Notes under the pieces: model-generated
Told to the model about the DNA's origin: nothing
Database searches by the model: none
What the model saw: only the letters and a program-made list of their open reading frames with translations
Translations under genes and position numbers: made by a program
Assembly: GCA_965237895.1 (NCBI GenBank)
Contig: CBDEGR010000001.1
Location: 476,287-540,286 of the forward strand
DNA: 64,000 nt
Direction: 5' to 3'
Source: Terriglobia bacterium
GTDB lineage: Bacteria; Acidobacteriota; Terriglobia; UBA7540; JAPUME01
Shown: one piece after another, positions 25,825 through 35,558 of the stretch
Layout of the letters: each line of letters starts with the position of its first letter
How positions within the stretch are numbered: the stretch's first letter is position 1

Positions 25825-28731
25825 TTAATCAACAAAAATGAATTCGTTCGACGCCATCAGGATGCGGCAAAAGCTCTGCCAGCCATCGGGTTTTTCAATG
25901 GATTCGGGGAATCGTTTCCGGAAATTCTCCAGGTACCCGAGCCCGGCTTGAATCTCCCCGGCATTCGGCCGACGGTTCAGCACCTGTAGGTAGACGCGGC
26001 GGATGCGGTCCTGGTCTCTCAGAGAATCGTCGGCGAGCAGCGTCTCGGCAAGTTTTTGCGATCGCTCGGCGACGAACCTGCTGTTCATCATGAACAGAGC
26101 CTGCGGAGCCACGTTGGTGGGTGAACGCTTGCCGAGCGAAGTGGTTGCGTCGCCGAAGTCGAACATATTCAACAGAGGGGGAAGGTTGGCCCGCCGCAGC
26201 GGCAGGTAGACCATCCGCCGGTTGTTGGTTTCCGGGTCTAGGCTCAACCGCTCGTTGCTGTTCTCCGAATCCGTGTAGGTGCGGAACGTGACCAGCGTCC
26301 CGCCCAACGTGAAGTCCAGCGATCCGTCCATGGCCAGCAGCCCGTCGCGGATCTCTTCCACGTCGAGCCGGCGCGGGTTGAAGCGCGACAGCAGCCGATT
26401 GATTTGGTCAAGATCAAGTTGCCTCGGAACGGCGCGGCTGCTCATCCGGTAGGCGCTGGAAAGCATCAAAAGCCGGTGCATCTTCTTGACGGACCAACCG
26501 TCCTCGACAAACCGCTTCGCCAGATAATCCAGCAGTTTCGGATGCGTGGGCCGCTCGCCCATCCGGCCGAAATTGTTGGGTGTCCGCACCAACCCTTCGC
26601 CGAAGTGCCCCTGCCAGATGCGGTTCACCATGACCCGGGCCGTCAGCGGATTGTCTGGGCGCGTGAGCCACTCGGCCAGTTCCCGCCGTCCGCTGCCTTC
26701 TTGAAAAAGGGGCGGGTCGTCGCCGGCCAAAATAAGAGGGAACCGTTTGGGAACCGGCTCGCCCGGATTTCCGTGGTCGCCGCGAATGAACAGGCGCTGG
26801 ACGACGGGTTCGCCTTCCGCGACGGCGCACGCCATCTCCGGGGTGGCCGGGGAAGTCTCCTTCAAATGGAGGAATTCCCGGTTCAGTGTATGCAGTCGAG
26901 CGCGGGAGGGTTCGGAGAAGAGCCGCTCAGGCTCATCTTCCGGCCAAGCGAGCGGACCGCCGTTGAAGTAGACCTCGTAGAAGAAGGGATCCTTCTCCTT
27001 TTTGAATTTCGGTTTTCCTTTCCCCGGCATCGAAAGCAAACCTTTCAGTTTTTCCCGTTGGCGTTTCCGCCAGGAGGCCAGAGACTTTCTCCATTCCGCG
27101 GCCCGCTCGAGGAGTTGCTCGCGGTAAGTCTCGGCGGCGGCGCGTTGTCGGTCGGCGGAAGCTGCGAACCATTTTTCAAGGTGCGGACGCGCCTCCCCGT
27201 TGGGCTTCAGATACTCCACCCAGCGGCGTAACGTCTCTTCCTTGAGACCTGCATCCCGTGCGATGGCGTCGAGAGAGGCTTCGCCTTCGTATACGCGTCG
27301 AGCGGCCGGCATATAATCGGCCGTGCGGGGAATGTGTTCCTTGTCGGCTCGCTCCGTCTCTTCTTCGACGATCCGGTCGATCTGCCCCGCTTTTTCGTAG
27401 AGAATTTCCCGGTGTGCGAGGTAACGGGCGAACTCTTTTTTCGGCGCCAGCGGCGAGAAGTGGAGTTTGGCGACGTGGCTTTCGGAGTTGGAAAAGTTCT
27501 TCGTCGAGGCGAATATCCCGATCATGGCATAGTAGTCTTTGGTGAGAAAGGGATCGAACTTATGATCGTGGCAGCGCGCGCAGGCGAGCGTCACGCCCAG
27601 AAACGCCTTCGAGACTGCGTCCAACTGATCGTCATAGATGTCATACAGCATCTTCTTTTTGTCCTGCTGCGCCACGGCTTTTTGCCCCAAGGCCAGAAAA
27701 CCGGTGGCGATGATGCCTCGGCGGTTCACCTCCTCGGGGTTTTCGGGGGGAAGCAGGTCGCCGGCGATCTGTTCGCGGACGAATTGGTCGTAGGGGATGT
27801 CGCGATTGAAGGACTCGATCACGTAGTCCCGGTAGCGCCAGGAGAACGGATAACGGTGGTCTTCGTCGTTCCCGGTGGAGTCAGCATAGCGGGCCACGTC
27901 CAGCCAATGCCTTCCCCATCGCTCTCCGTAGCGCGCCGAGGCCAGCAAGCGGTCCACCACTTTCTCGAAGGCCTTCGGGGACCGGTCGGCCAGGAAGTCG
28001 GCAATCTCCTTTTCGGTGGGCGGAAGGCCCGTCAGGTCATAGGTGGCCCTTCGCAAAAGAGTCTCTTTGCCGGCGGGCGGCGCTGGCTTCAGTCCTTTGG
28101 CTTCCAGCTTCTTCAAGATGAACCGGTCGACGGGAGACCGCACCCACTTTTCGTTGTTCACTTGGGGCGGCTCGTAAGCCTGAACGGGCCGAAAGGCCCA
28201 GAAATTTTTCTCTTCCTCAGTAAACACCTTCCCGTTTTTCGAGGGCCGGAGCGGGGGGGACGGCTCGGCATTGGGCCAGGGCGCGCCCATTCCCACCCAT
28301 CTCGCCAAGGTTCGGATCTCCTCCTCGCTCAACTTGCCCGTGGGCGGCATCTTCAGGCGTGCTTCGTATCCGATGACTTGAAGGAGACGGCTTTCCGCAG
28401 GATTCTCTTTTGAGATCAAGGCGCCGCTCTGTGCCCCCGCGGTGAAACCCGCCGCCGTGGTCAAATCCAGCTCGGCGGTCTTCAGATCGGGGTTGTGGCA
28501 GGCCCAACAATTTTTCGCCAACAGCGGGCGAACGTTCTTTTCAAAGAACTCGATCTGCTCCTCGGCGGTTTCGGGAGGTGAGGCATTTGCAGGCACGATC
28601 AGGGCCGCGCCCAGGCATAAGAAGGCAATGGTTCGATAAGCCGAGCGGCAGGACTTTCTCTGTGGGTGCTCTTGATCTGTCCCGGTCGGGGACAATAGGC
28701 GCATTCTCAAAACCATTTTCGGAGTGGCCAC
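25825..28731 (-). CDS. PSCyt (CxxCH) / DUF1549 / DUF1553 protein
   Basis: FFEKNVRPLLAKNCWACHNPD is the Planctomycete-type cytochrome c motif. VDRFILKKLEAKGLKPAPPAGKETLLRRATYDLTGLPPT is DUF1549-like. CARCHDHKFDPFLTKDYYAMIGIF is DUF1553-like. Confidence 0.9.
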   Translation of the reverse strand: MATPKMVLRMRLLSPTGTDQEHPQRKSCRSAYRTIAFLCLGAALIVPANASPPETAEEQIEFFEKNVRPLLAKNCWACHNPDLKTAELDLTTAAGFTAGAQSGALISKENPAESRLLQVIGYEARLKMPPTGKLSEEEIRTLARWVGMGAPWPNAEPSPPLRPSKNGKVFTEEEKNFWAFRPVQAYEPPQVNNEKWVRSPVDRFILKKLEAKGLKPAPPAGKETLLRRATYDLTGLPPTEKEIADFLADRSPKAFEKVVDRLLASARYGERWGRHWLDVARYADSTGNDEDHRYPFSWRYRDYVIESFNRDIPYDQFVREQIAGDLLPPENPEEVNRRGIIATGFLALGQKAVAQQDKKKMLYDIYDDQLDAVSKAFLGVTLACARCHDHKFDPFLTKDYYAMIGIFASTKNFSNSESHVAKLHFSPLAPKKEFARYLAHREILYEKAGQIDRIVEEETERADKEHIPRTADYMPAARRVYEGEASLDAIARDAGLKEETLRRWVEYLKPNGEARPHLEKWFAASADRQRAAAETYREQLLERAAEWRKSLASWRKRQREKLKGLLSMPGKGKPKFKKEKDPFFYEVYFNGGPLAWPEDEPERLFSEPSRARLHTLNREFLHLKETSPATPEMACAVAEGEPVVQRLFIRGDHGNPGEPVPKRFPLILAGDDPPLFQEGSGRRELAEWLTRPDNPLTARVMVNRIWQGHFGEGLVRTPNNFGRMGERPTHPKLLDYLAKRFVEDGWSVKKMHRLLMLSSAYRMSSRAVPRQLDLDQINRLLSRFNPRRLDVEEIRDGLLAMDGSLDFTLGGTLVTFRTYTDSENSNERLSLDPETNNRRMVYLPLRRANLPPLLNMFDFGDATTSLGKRSPTNVAPQALFMMNSRFVAERSQKLAETLLADDSLRDQDRIRRVYLQVLNRRPNAGEIQAGLGYLENFRKRFPESIEKPDGWQSFCRILMASNEFIFVD

Positions 28732-28907
28732 GGCTTCCTTAGGCTGATATTACTACCGTACCACCATTTTATTCTTCCTTCAGGATTCTTCCCTCAAGAA
28801 CGGCGGCGGCTTTCCGTTTGCCCCCGAAGGCGTTTTTATTGTATCGTCTGGAGGCTACCGCAATTTTAATCATTCATTTGACCTAGGCGTTTGAACGAAA
28901 GGAGTAC

Positions 28908-29825
28908 ATGACCATGGCGGACATCGATAATGGGAATATAAAGGAAAGCAAGGAGTTCTATACGGACGTTCCGGCCCGAAGCGAGCCGTTCTTCCTGAAA
29001 GGCTCGAACTCGCTCGACTGGGGCCTGCAGAACCGTCTGGCGCGGATCTTCAACCCCGCATCAGGACGCACCGTCATGCTGGCCTTCGATCACGGTTACT
29101 TCCAGGGGCCGACGACGGGTCTCGAACGGATCGACATAAGCATCGTGCCTCTCGTCCCTTATGCCGACGCGCTGATGCTGACGCGCGGCGTGCTGCGGAC
29201 GATGATCCCTTCCACAGTGCGGAACGGCTTGGTGCTGCGCGCCAGCGGCGGCCCCAGCATCCTCAAAGAACTTTCGAACGAGCAGGTGGCCATCGACATG
29301 GAAGACGCCGTGCGGTTGAACGCGGCAGCCGTCGCCGTGCAGGTCTTCGTCGGCGGCGAATACGAGACGCAGTCCATCGGCAACATGACCCGATTGGTCG
29401 ATGCCTGCAACCGCCACGGGCTGGCCACGCTGGCCGTCACCGCCGTCGGCAAGAACATGACGCGCGACGCCCGCTACATGCGCCTCGCCTGCCGGATGTG
29501 CGCCGAGCTGGGCGCCCACATCGTAAAGACCTATTACGTTGCCGAGAGTTTTGATACGGTAACGGCTTCCTGTCCGGTGCCGATCGTCATCGCCGGCGGC
29601 AAGAAGATTTCCGAACTCGACGCCTTGACCATGGCCCATCGAGCCATCAACGACGGCGCCGCCGGGGTGGACATGGGACGCAACATCTTCCAGTCCGATG
29701 CGCCTGCCGTCATGCTGCAAGCTGTCCGAAAAGTTGTGCACGATGGCGTAAAGCCCGCCGAAGCCTACGAGTTCTACCAGTCACTGAAGCAGGAAGTGAA
29801 GGCGGAGCCGGTCGCGAGCCGGTAG
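28908..29825 (+). CDS. lsrF: LsrF-family class I aldolase/thiolase (3-hydroxy-5-phosphonooxypentane-2,4-dione thiolase-like)
   Basis: Long stretches match E. coli LsrF as I recall it: [51 protein letters not shown] (catalytic Lys region), [23 protein letters not shown]. The start is more likely the second ATG (28914, MADIDNG), given the spacing from AGGAG. Confidence 0.8.
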   Translation: MTMADIDNGNIKESKEFYTDVPARSEPFFLKGSNSLDWGLQNRLARIFNPASGRTVMLAFDHGYFQGPTTGLERIDISIVPLVPYADALMLTRGVLRTMIPSTVRNGLVLRASGGPSILKELSNEQVAIDMEDAVRLNAAAVAVQVFVGGEYETQSIGNMTRLVDACNRHGLATLAVTAVGKNMTRDARYMRLACRMCAELGAHIVKTYYVAESFDTVTASCPVPIVIAGGKKISELDALTMAHRAINDGAAGVDMGRNIFQSDAPAVMLQAVRKVVHDGVKPAEAYEFYQSLKQEVKAEPVASR

Positions 29826-29835
29826 AGTATCGAAT

Positions 29836-30558
29836 ATGGCATCGAACAAAGTCCTTGCATCGCTGAAGCAGTGGTCGCCCACCTTGAGCGTCGGCACGTT
29901 GACGGCGAACCAGATGGCGCTCGGGCAGGAGATCGCGCTGCTGGAGGGAACCGGCGCGAAGCTCGTTCACCTGGACGTGATGGACGGCTGCTTCTGTCCG
30001 ATGATGACCTTCGGCCCGCAGCTCATTCAGGCGATCAAGACGCCGCTGCTAAAAGACGTACACCTGATGATTGACGACCCATTGGAGAAGGTGGCCGATT
30101 ACGTCGCCGCCGGCGCCGACCTCGTTACCGTTCACGTCGAATCGTCCCGCCACATTCACCGCGTGCTCCAATCTCTGGGCGCGATGACCAACGCGAATGA
30201 CCCGAAGCGCGGCATCGCGCGCGGCGTGGCGCTCAATCCGGGTACGCCGCTCGAGGTGCTCGACCCGCTCTGGGATGAACTGGAGTTGGTCTTGCTGCTG
30301 GCCATCAACCCGGGATGGAAGGGGCAGGCGTTCAACCCTGCGACGCTCGACCGCCTACCCAAAGTCAAAAAGATGGTTTCGGAGGCGGGCCGGGAGGTAA
30401 TTGTTGCGGTCGACGGCGGCGTCACGCGGAAGAACGTGGCGGAGGTGGCCCGGGCCGGTGCGGACCTGATCGTCACCGGGTCCGCAGTTTTCGACGATAA
30501 GGCCGCCGAGGAGAACGCCAAGTCCATGCTGGAAGCCATTCAATCGGTTGCCGTCTGA
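29836..30558 (+). CDS. Ribulose-phosphate 3-epimerase family protein (LsrE/Rpe-like)
   Basis: ...VHLDVMDGCFCPMMTFGP...VHLMIDDP...DLVTVHVES...LAINPGWKGQAF...VAVDGGV...IVTGSAVF are Rpe-family motifs. Confidence 0.8.
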   Translation: MASNKVLASLKQWSPTLSVGTLTANQMALGQEIALLEGTGAKLVHLDVMDGCFCPMMTFGPQLIQAIKTPLLKDVHLMIDDPLEKVADYVAAGADLVTVHVESSRHIHRVLQSLGAMTNANDPKRGIARGVALNPGTPLEVLDPLWDELELVLLLAINPGWKGQAFNPATLDRLPKVKKMVSEAGREVIVAVDGGVTRKNVAEVARAGADLIVTGSAVFDDKAAEENAKSMLEAIQSVAV

Positions 30559-30599
30559 GGCCTTGATGGTAAGACAGGACGCTCTCGTCAAATCTCATT

Positions 30600-32735
30600 A
30601 TGAAGAGTAGATGGTCGGACAAGGAAGCGGCGGACTACTGCGCCCGTTACGGTGAACGCTACGGCGAGGACCTTGCCCTGCGCACCTACACCAGCCGATT
30701 GCTCGGGTGCGAGAAGAATCTTGTTCTCCATGGCGGCGGCAACACATCCGTCAAAACGACGGCGAAAAATGTATTCGGCGAATCCGTTTCCGCCATCTAC
30801 GTCAAGGCATCGGGATATGACCTGAGCGAGATCGAGCCGGAAGGCCACTCCGGGCTGAACCTCGATGAACTGAAAAATTTACGAAAGCTGGATTCTCTTT
30901 CCGACGAAGCAATGACCCGCGAAGTTCGCGCCCGTCTACTGGACCCCGATTCCGCCACTCCTTCGATTGAAACGCTTGTCCACGCCTTGATCCCCAAAAA
31001 GTTTATCGACCACACGCACGCCGACGCGATTCTCGTCTTGACGAATCAGCCGAAGGGCGAACGGCATATCCCGGGGGGCAAACAGCATATTAAAGACGCG
31101 TTGGGCAAGGGCGTTGCGATTCTCGACTACGTTCACCCCGGCTTCGAGTTGGCAAAGGCAGTGGCCGATGCCTACCAGAAAAATCCCAACTGCCGCGCCA
31201 TGGTATGGATGCGGCACGGGATTGTGACGTGGGGCGAGACGACGCGGGAGTCCTACGAGGCAATGATCGAGTTGGTCACGCGGGCCGAAGAATATATTGC
31301 GCGCAAGGCGGCGAAGAAAGTCAAAGTTACCGTAAAAATTCCCACCCCGGTTGAGAAAGCCAAGGAGCGGTGGGAAACGGTCGCGCCCGTTCTCCGCGGC
31401 CTGCTGGCGGCTCTGACGGATCAGTCTGAGCATCCTTACCGGCGCGTGATCCTGAAAACTTTAATCGACCGTGAGGTGTTGGACTTCGTCGATTCGGGGC
31501 GGGGCAGGGAGTTGGCGCTCTCGCCGCCGCTGACCGCCGACCATCTGATCCGCACCAAAGCGCTGCCGCTGTGGATCGAGAAGCCCAGTTATGAAGACGT
31601 TGACAAATTTCGAAAGCAGGCGGCGAAGGCGATTGAAATTTACCGGCGCGAATACAACGAATATGTGGAGCGCCATGCCGCGCGCATGCCGGCCGGCGTC
31701 GCGCGCTTCGATGATCTGCCGCGGGTGATTCTGCTTCCTGGCGTGGGGGCGGTCGCGGCGGGCGAAGATGCGCGAGCCGCAGCCATCGTGCGCGACATCA
31801 CCTCTCAAACCGTAAAAGCGAAAGTGCGGGTGGCCGCCATGGGCACTTACCAAGGGTTGCCGGAGTCGACGCTCTTCGATATGGAGTACCGCAGCCTGCA
31901 ACACGCCAAGCTTACGAAAGATCAAGGGCTGCCGCTGGCCGGGCGCGTCGGCCTCGTGACCGGCGCGGCGGGGGCGATCGGTTCGGGCATCGCCCAGGAG
32001 TTGCTGGCGCAGGGTTGCCATCTTGCTTTGACGGACCTGCCCGGTGATCGGCTTGACGCCATGGCCGCCGAGTTGCAAAAAATGTTTGCCGGGCGGGTGA
32101 TCGGCGTGCCGATGGACGTGACGGACAGGGCGTCGGTGGCAAAAGCCTTCCGCCAAGTCGCAGCCGAATGGGGTGGGGTCGATCTGGTGGTGGTGAACGC
32201 GGGCTTGGCGCACGTCGCGCCGCTGGAAGAGATGGAGCTCGAAGCCTTCCATCGCGTGGCGCGGGTCAACGTGGACGGGACGCTTTTAGTCCTGTCGGAG
32301 GCAGGCCGCTCTATGAAGACGCAAGCGACGGGCGGCGACATTGTTCTGATCTCAACCAAAAACGTCTTCGCCCCGGGGGCGAAGTTCGGCGCTTACAGCG
32401 CGACGAAGGCTGCCGCGCACCAACTGGCCCGCATCGCCAGCCTGGAGATGGCGGCGTACGACGTGCGCGTGAACATGGTCGCGCCCGACGCCGTCTTTTC
32501 CCACGGCGAGCGAAAGTCGGGCCTGTGGCAGCAGGTGGGTCCGGACCGCATGCGCGCGCGCGGGCTTGATGAGAAGGGTTTGGAGGATTACTACCGAAAC
32601 CGGAATCTGCTCAAAGCGCAGATCACGGCCCGCCACGTAGCCAATGCGGTTCTATTTTTCGCCGCACGCCAGACGCCCACCACCGGCGCGACAATTCCCG
32701 TCGATGGTGGCCTGCCCGATGCCACGCCCCGCTAG
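30600..32735 (+). CDS. Bifunctional class II aldolase / short-chain dehydrogenase (RhaEW/YuxG-like)
   Basis: 711 aa. N-terminus MKSRWSDKEAADYCARYG...DLALRTYTSRLLG...LVLHGGGNTSVK. The C-terminal SDR has VTGAAGAIGSGIA ... YSATKAA. Confidence 0.85.
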   Translation: MKSRWSDKEAADYCARYGERYGEDLALRTYTSRLLGCEKNLVLHGGGNTSVKTTAKNVFGESVSAIYVKASGYDLSEIEPEGHSGLNLDELKNLRKLDSLSDEAMTREVRARLLDPDSATPSIETLVHALIPKKFIDHTHADAILVLTNQPKGERHIPGGKQHIKDALGKGVAILDYVHPGFELAKAVADAYQKNPNCRAMVWMRHGIVTWGETTRESYEAMIELVTRAEEYIARKAAKKVKVTVKIPTPVEKAKERWETVAPVLRGLLAALTDQSEHPYRRVILKTLIDREVLDFVDSGRGRELALSPPLTADHLIRTKALPLWIEKPSYEDVDKFRKQAAKAIEIYRREYNEYVERHAARMPAGVARFDDLPRVILLPGVGAVAAGEDARAAAIVRDITSQTVKAKVRVAAMGTYQGLPESTLFDMEYRSLQHAKLTKDQGLPLAGRVGLVTGAAGAIGSGIAQELLAQGCHLALTDLPGDRLDAMAAELQKMFAGRVIGVPMDVTDRASVAKAFRQVAAEWGGVDLVVVNAGLAHVAPLEEMELEAFHRVARVNVDGTLLVLSEAGRSMKTQATGGDIVLISTKNVFAPGAKFGAYSATKAAAHQLARIASLEMAAYDVRVNMVAPDAVFSHGERKSGLWQQVGPDRMRARGLDEKGLEDYYRNRNLLKAQITARHVANAVLFFAARQTPTTGATIPVDGGLPDATPR

Positions 32736-32746
32736 CGGAGGAAAGA

Positions 32747-32863
32747 ATGGTTCAAAAACGGGTTCTGTTCTTCGGGTTCCTGATATGGCTGGCGGTGCCT
32801 TTTCCCGGTACGCACTCATCCTCCAGAGTTGGATGTATGCGCCACCCAGGTTACTTCTTGTAA
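32747..32863 (+). CDS. Possible small hydrophobic peptide (38 aa), below the track size cut-off
   Basis: A GGAGGAAAGA SD sits immediately before ATG 32747. The product is MVQKRVLFFGFLIWLAVPFPGTHSSSRVGCMRHPGYFL, ending at TAA 32861-32863. It fills the whole gap between convergent genes. No homology evidence. Confidence 0.25.
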   Translation: MVQKRVLFFGFLIWLAVPFPGTHSSSRVGCMRHPGYFL

Positions 32864-32868
32864 TGAAG

Positions 32869-34296
32869 TCAATAATTCCGAAATGGGCCGCGCGGTTCGG
32901 CGGCGTTCATCTCTTCCATCCAGGCCTCCCACTTGGCTTTCAGGTCGGCGCGCCGTTGAGGCTCTTTCTTCGATAGGTCGTTTTTCTCACCTATATCTTT
33001 GGTAAGATTGAAAAGCCCTTCGCCTTCTTGGGGGGAATCCATCCATTTCCAATCTCCCACCCGCGCGCCACGTTGGCCGCGCCAATCCCAGAACATTGAC
33101 TCGCGTTCGGACGCTGCGCCTTCGGTGAGCAGCCGTGTCATATCGAAGCCGTCTAAAATTATCGAGCCCCCTCTCTGGGGTTTTGTCCCGGCGATGGCGG
33201 CGAAGGTGGGAAGCAGTTCCAGAGTGCTTGTAAACTCATCGGAGACGGTGCCGGGCGCGATCTTCCCCGGCCAACGGGCCAGGAACGGGACGCGGACGCC
33301 GCCCTCGTATAGGTTGCCCTTCCCGCCGCGGAGGGGCGAGTTCGAGGCCACGCGTTTCCTTCCGCCGTTGTCGCTCGAGAAGACGACCAGCGTGTTCTCT
33401 CTTAGTCCCAATTCGTCTTCATCTAGTGTGAGGAGGATTTCCCCCACGGCGTCGTCCATAGAAGTGATCATCGCCTGATAACGGACGGAATTTTCTTTCG
33501 GGTCTCCCTCGTACCGCGCCAGGACTTGGTCGGGCGCCTGCCGGCTGTCGCGCCTCAAGTTGGAAGCGATGTGGGGAGCGTTGAAGGAAACGTAGAGGAA
33601 GAAGGGCCGGTCGCGGTTTTCGCGGATGAAGCGGACGGCCTCGTGCCCGAACAGGTTCGTCGCGTAGCCTTCCTCTTTAACTCGTTCGTTGCCGTGAAAC
33701 ATGGACGGGATGCCGTAGCGCTCGTGCGTGTAGTAATCGATGCCGGTGTTGGCGAATCCATAGTAGAAGTCGAAGCCGCGCTGCAGAGGGAGAAAGCGCC
33801 GCGCGCGTCCGCCGTCCCACTTACCAACAATGCCGGTTGCGTAATCGGCCTGGTTCAGAACCTGCCCGACGGTCACCTCACGCAGGTCCATTCCCAACGT
33901 CATCTCCGGCGAGCGGGCGTATTCTCGCTCGGTGTACTTGTGGCCGTAGTTGACCATGTCGTTGCGGATCATTTCGTAGAGGCCGTTGCGGCGCGGGTAG
34001 CGTCCCGTCAGAAGCCCGCTCCGAGAAGGCGTGCAGACCGGGGCCGTGACGTAGAAATTCGTGAGCCGGATGCCGTCGGTTGCAAGCTGATCAAGATGAG
34101 GCGCCAGCGTCGTTTGGTTTCCGTAAGAACCCAGGTCGCCATAACCGAGGTCGTCGGCAAAGATGAAGATAATGTTCGGGCGGGGCGTCGGTGCGGTTTC
34201 ATCCCGCGCGGTAGGATTCTCCCCGCATCCTGCAAGTCCGCATCCTGCAAGAAGGACGAAGATAAGATCCAGAAAATTTCTTAGTGAATTGTTCAA
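32869..34296 (-). CDS. Sulfatase (arylsulfatase A family), lipoprotein signal
   Basis: LLAGCGLAGC is a lipobox. PNIIFIFADDLGYGDLGSYG and APVCTPSRSGLLTGRYP carry the CxPxR formylglycine motif. The apparent TTG start (34296) overlaps the upstream TGA stop. Confidence 0.9.
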   Translation of the reverse strand: MNNSLRNFLDLIFVLLAGCGLAGCGENPTARDETAPTPRPNIIFIFADDLGYGDLGSYGNQTTLAPHLDQLATDGIRLTNFYVTAPVCTPSRSGLLTGRYPRRNGLYEMIRNDMVNYGHKYTEREYARSPEMTLGMDLREVTVGQVLNQADYATGIVGKWDGGRARRFLPLQRGFDFYYGFANTGIDYYTHERYGIPSMFHGNERVKEEGYATNLFGHEAVRFIRENRDRPFFLYVSFNAPHIASNLRRDSRQAPDQVLARYEGDPKENSVRYQAMITSMDDAVGEILLTLDEDELGLRENTLVVFSSDNGGRKRVASNSPLRGGKGNLYEGGVRVPFLARWPGKIAPGTVSDEFTSTLELLPTFAAIAGTKPQRGGSIILDGFDMTRLLTEGAASERESMFWDWRGQRGARVGDWKWMDSPQEGEGLFNLTKDIGEKNDLSKKEPQRRADLKAKWEAWMEEMNAAEPRGPFRNY

Positions 34297-34730
34297 TGTG
34301 AAATCCTTACAGTTGGAAAATCCCCCTCGACGATCTCTTCACCCTCTTGGACGGTTAGGACGTGGTCGGCATCGATGTTCTCGATTCTCTCCACCGTGCC
34401 GGAAGGCCAGGTGATTTCGAGCAATTCAATTTTCTTATCAGGTCCGAGGCCGAACCCGCTGAAAGGGAAGACGTGATTGCCGATTTCGGGAAGGACGTTG
34501 ACGAACTTGCCAGCCGGTGGTTCTTCGGCCTGGGCGGGGACCAACAAAAAGAGAAGGCCCCCCGCCGCCTGACGGAATGCGTCGCGGGCAGAAGGCTTTC
34601 TTGAAGTGTCGTTTTGCTGTTCATTCGGGGAGCTGCGATTGCCGACAGCAGGATCGTTTCTTGTTTTCATCCACCGTTCCGACTCCGCTCCGAAACCGGT
34701 ACTTTCAGGAATTTTAGGATGCTCTCCCAA
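34293..34730 (-). CDS. Small protein carrying only an ASPIC/UnbV-like C-terminal motif (likely remnant of a larger CRTAC1/FG-GAP protein)
   Basis: ...SGFGLGPDKKIELLEITWPSGTVERIENIDADHVLTVQEGE resembles the extreme C-terminus of ASPIC/UnbV domains (from memory). The start is uncertain; MKTRNDP at 34670 is possible. Confidence 0.4.
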   Translation of the reverse strand: MGEHPKIPESTGFGAESERWMKTRNDPAVGNRSSPNEQQNDTSRKPSARDAFRQAAGGLLFLLVPAQAEEPPAGKFVNVLPEIGNHVFPFSGFGLGPDKKIELLEITWPSGTVERIENIDADHVLTVQEGEEIVEGDFPTVRISH

Positions 34731-34805
34731 CTATTCCAGCGGATATCCGTGATCGTACCGGTATCGAATCGCGAGTCTCGCAAAGAGAAAGAGCCGATCC
34801 GAACG

Positions 34806-35558
34806 TTAGTTATCCCGCCCCTCCCATGCCATTTTTTCCTGTACGGCTTTTGCTGCTTCTTCTGTCAGCGGGCGGATGCGAACGTTGCGGAAGAAGACCT
34901 TTCCGTGGTCACCCTGAATCCGCAGAGGTCCGGGCCCGTCGTCACGCTTGCTGGCTCCGCCGGTTCCCTGGGGTCCGACGTCGACGTTGTTGAGTACGCG
35001 GGTTTCGTTGTAATCCACCGTCAGGCGGCGTCCGACGAAGCTGATCTCGAAGGTCTGCCATTCGCCGAGCGGTTTCGCGACGTTGACGGCCGGGGCGATG
35101 CGGCGGTAGAGAGCGCCGCTGCCGTTCGACCAGCGGACGTCTCCGTGGCTGTCCAGAATCTGCACTTCATATTTGTCGCGCAGATACATGCCGGCGTTGC
35201 CGTTAAACCCGCTGTCGGAGCCCTCGGTTCTCTCTTCTTGAATATTGAATTCGACGTGGAGTTGAAAATCGTAGTACTCCTCGTCGGTTTGGATGTCCAC
35301 GCTCGGCGGATGGTTTTCATAGACGCCGTCATTGATTTTCCAGCCGTTCGGTCTTTTCGGTCTGTTTGGGTTCTCCGGTTCTCTCTCATGCCAACCGCTG
35401 AGGTCGGTTCCGTTGAACAGATCCACCCATTCGCTTTGGATGACCGGCTCGGGCGGTGCAGTGGGTCCGGCCTGTTCGGCCGGCTGACACGAAATCCACG
35501 CCAGGAAAAAAACGGCCAGAAGGGGGAAAAACAGAATTCTTCGCATGCTCATCATCAT
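34806..35558 (-). CDS. DUF1080 (3-keto-disaccharide hydrolase family) lipoprotein
   Basis: Signal MRRILFFPLLAVFFLAWISC. Also WVDLFNGTDLSGW, DFQLHVEF, YEVQILDS, SGALY, GPLRIQGDHGKVFFRNVRIRPL. Confidence 0.85.
   Translation of the reverse strand: MMMSMRRILFFPLLAVFFLAWISCQPAEQAGPTAPPEPVIQSEWVDLFNGTDLSGWHEREPENPNRPKRPNGWKINDGVYENHPPSVDIQTDEEYYDFQLHVEFNIQEERTEGSDSGFNGNAGMYLRDKYEVQILDSHGDVRWSNGSGALYRRIAPAVNVAKPLGEWQTFEISFVGRRLTVDYNETRVLNNVDVGPQGTGGASKRDDGPGPLRIQGDHGKVFFRNVRIRPLTEEAAKAVQEKMAWEGRDN

Noticed and set aside
26404-28413. Plus-strand ORFs of 275 and 359 aa
   Set aside because: They are antisense shadows of the PSCyt/DUF1549/DUF1553 gene.
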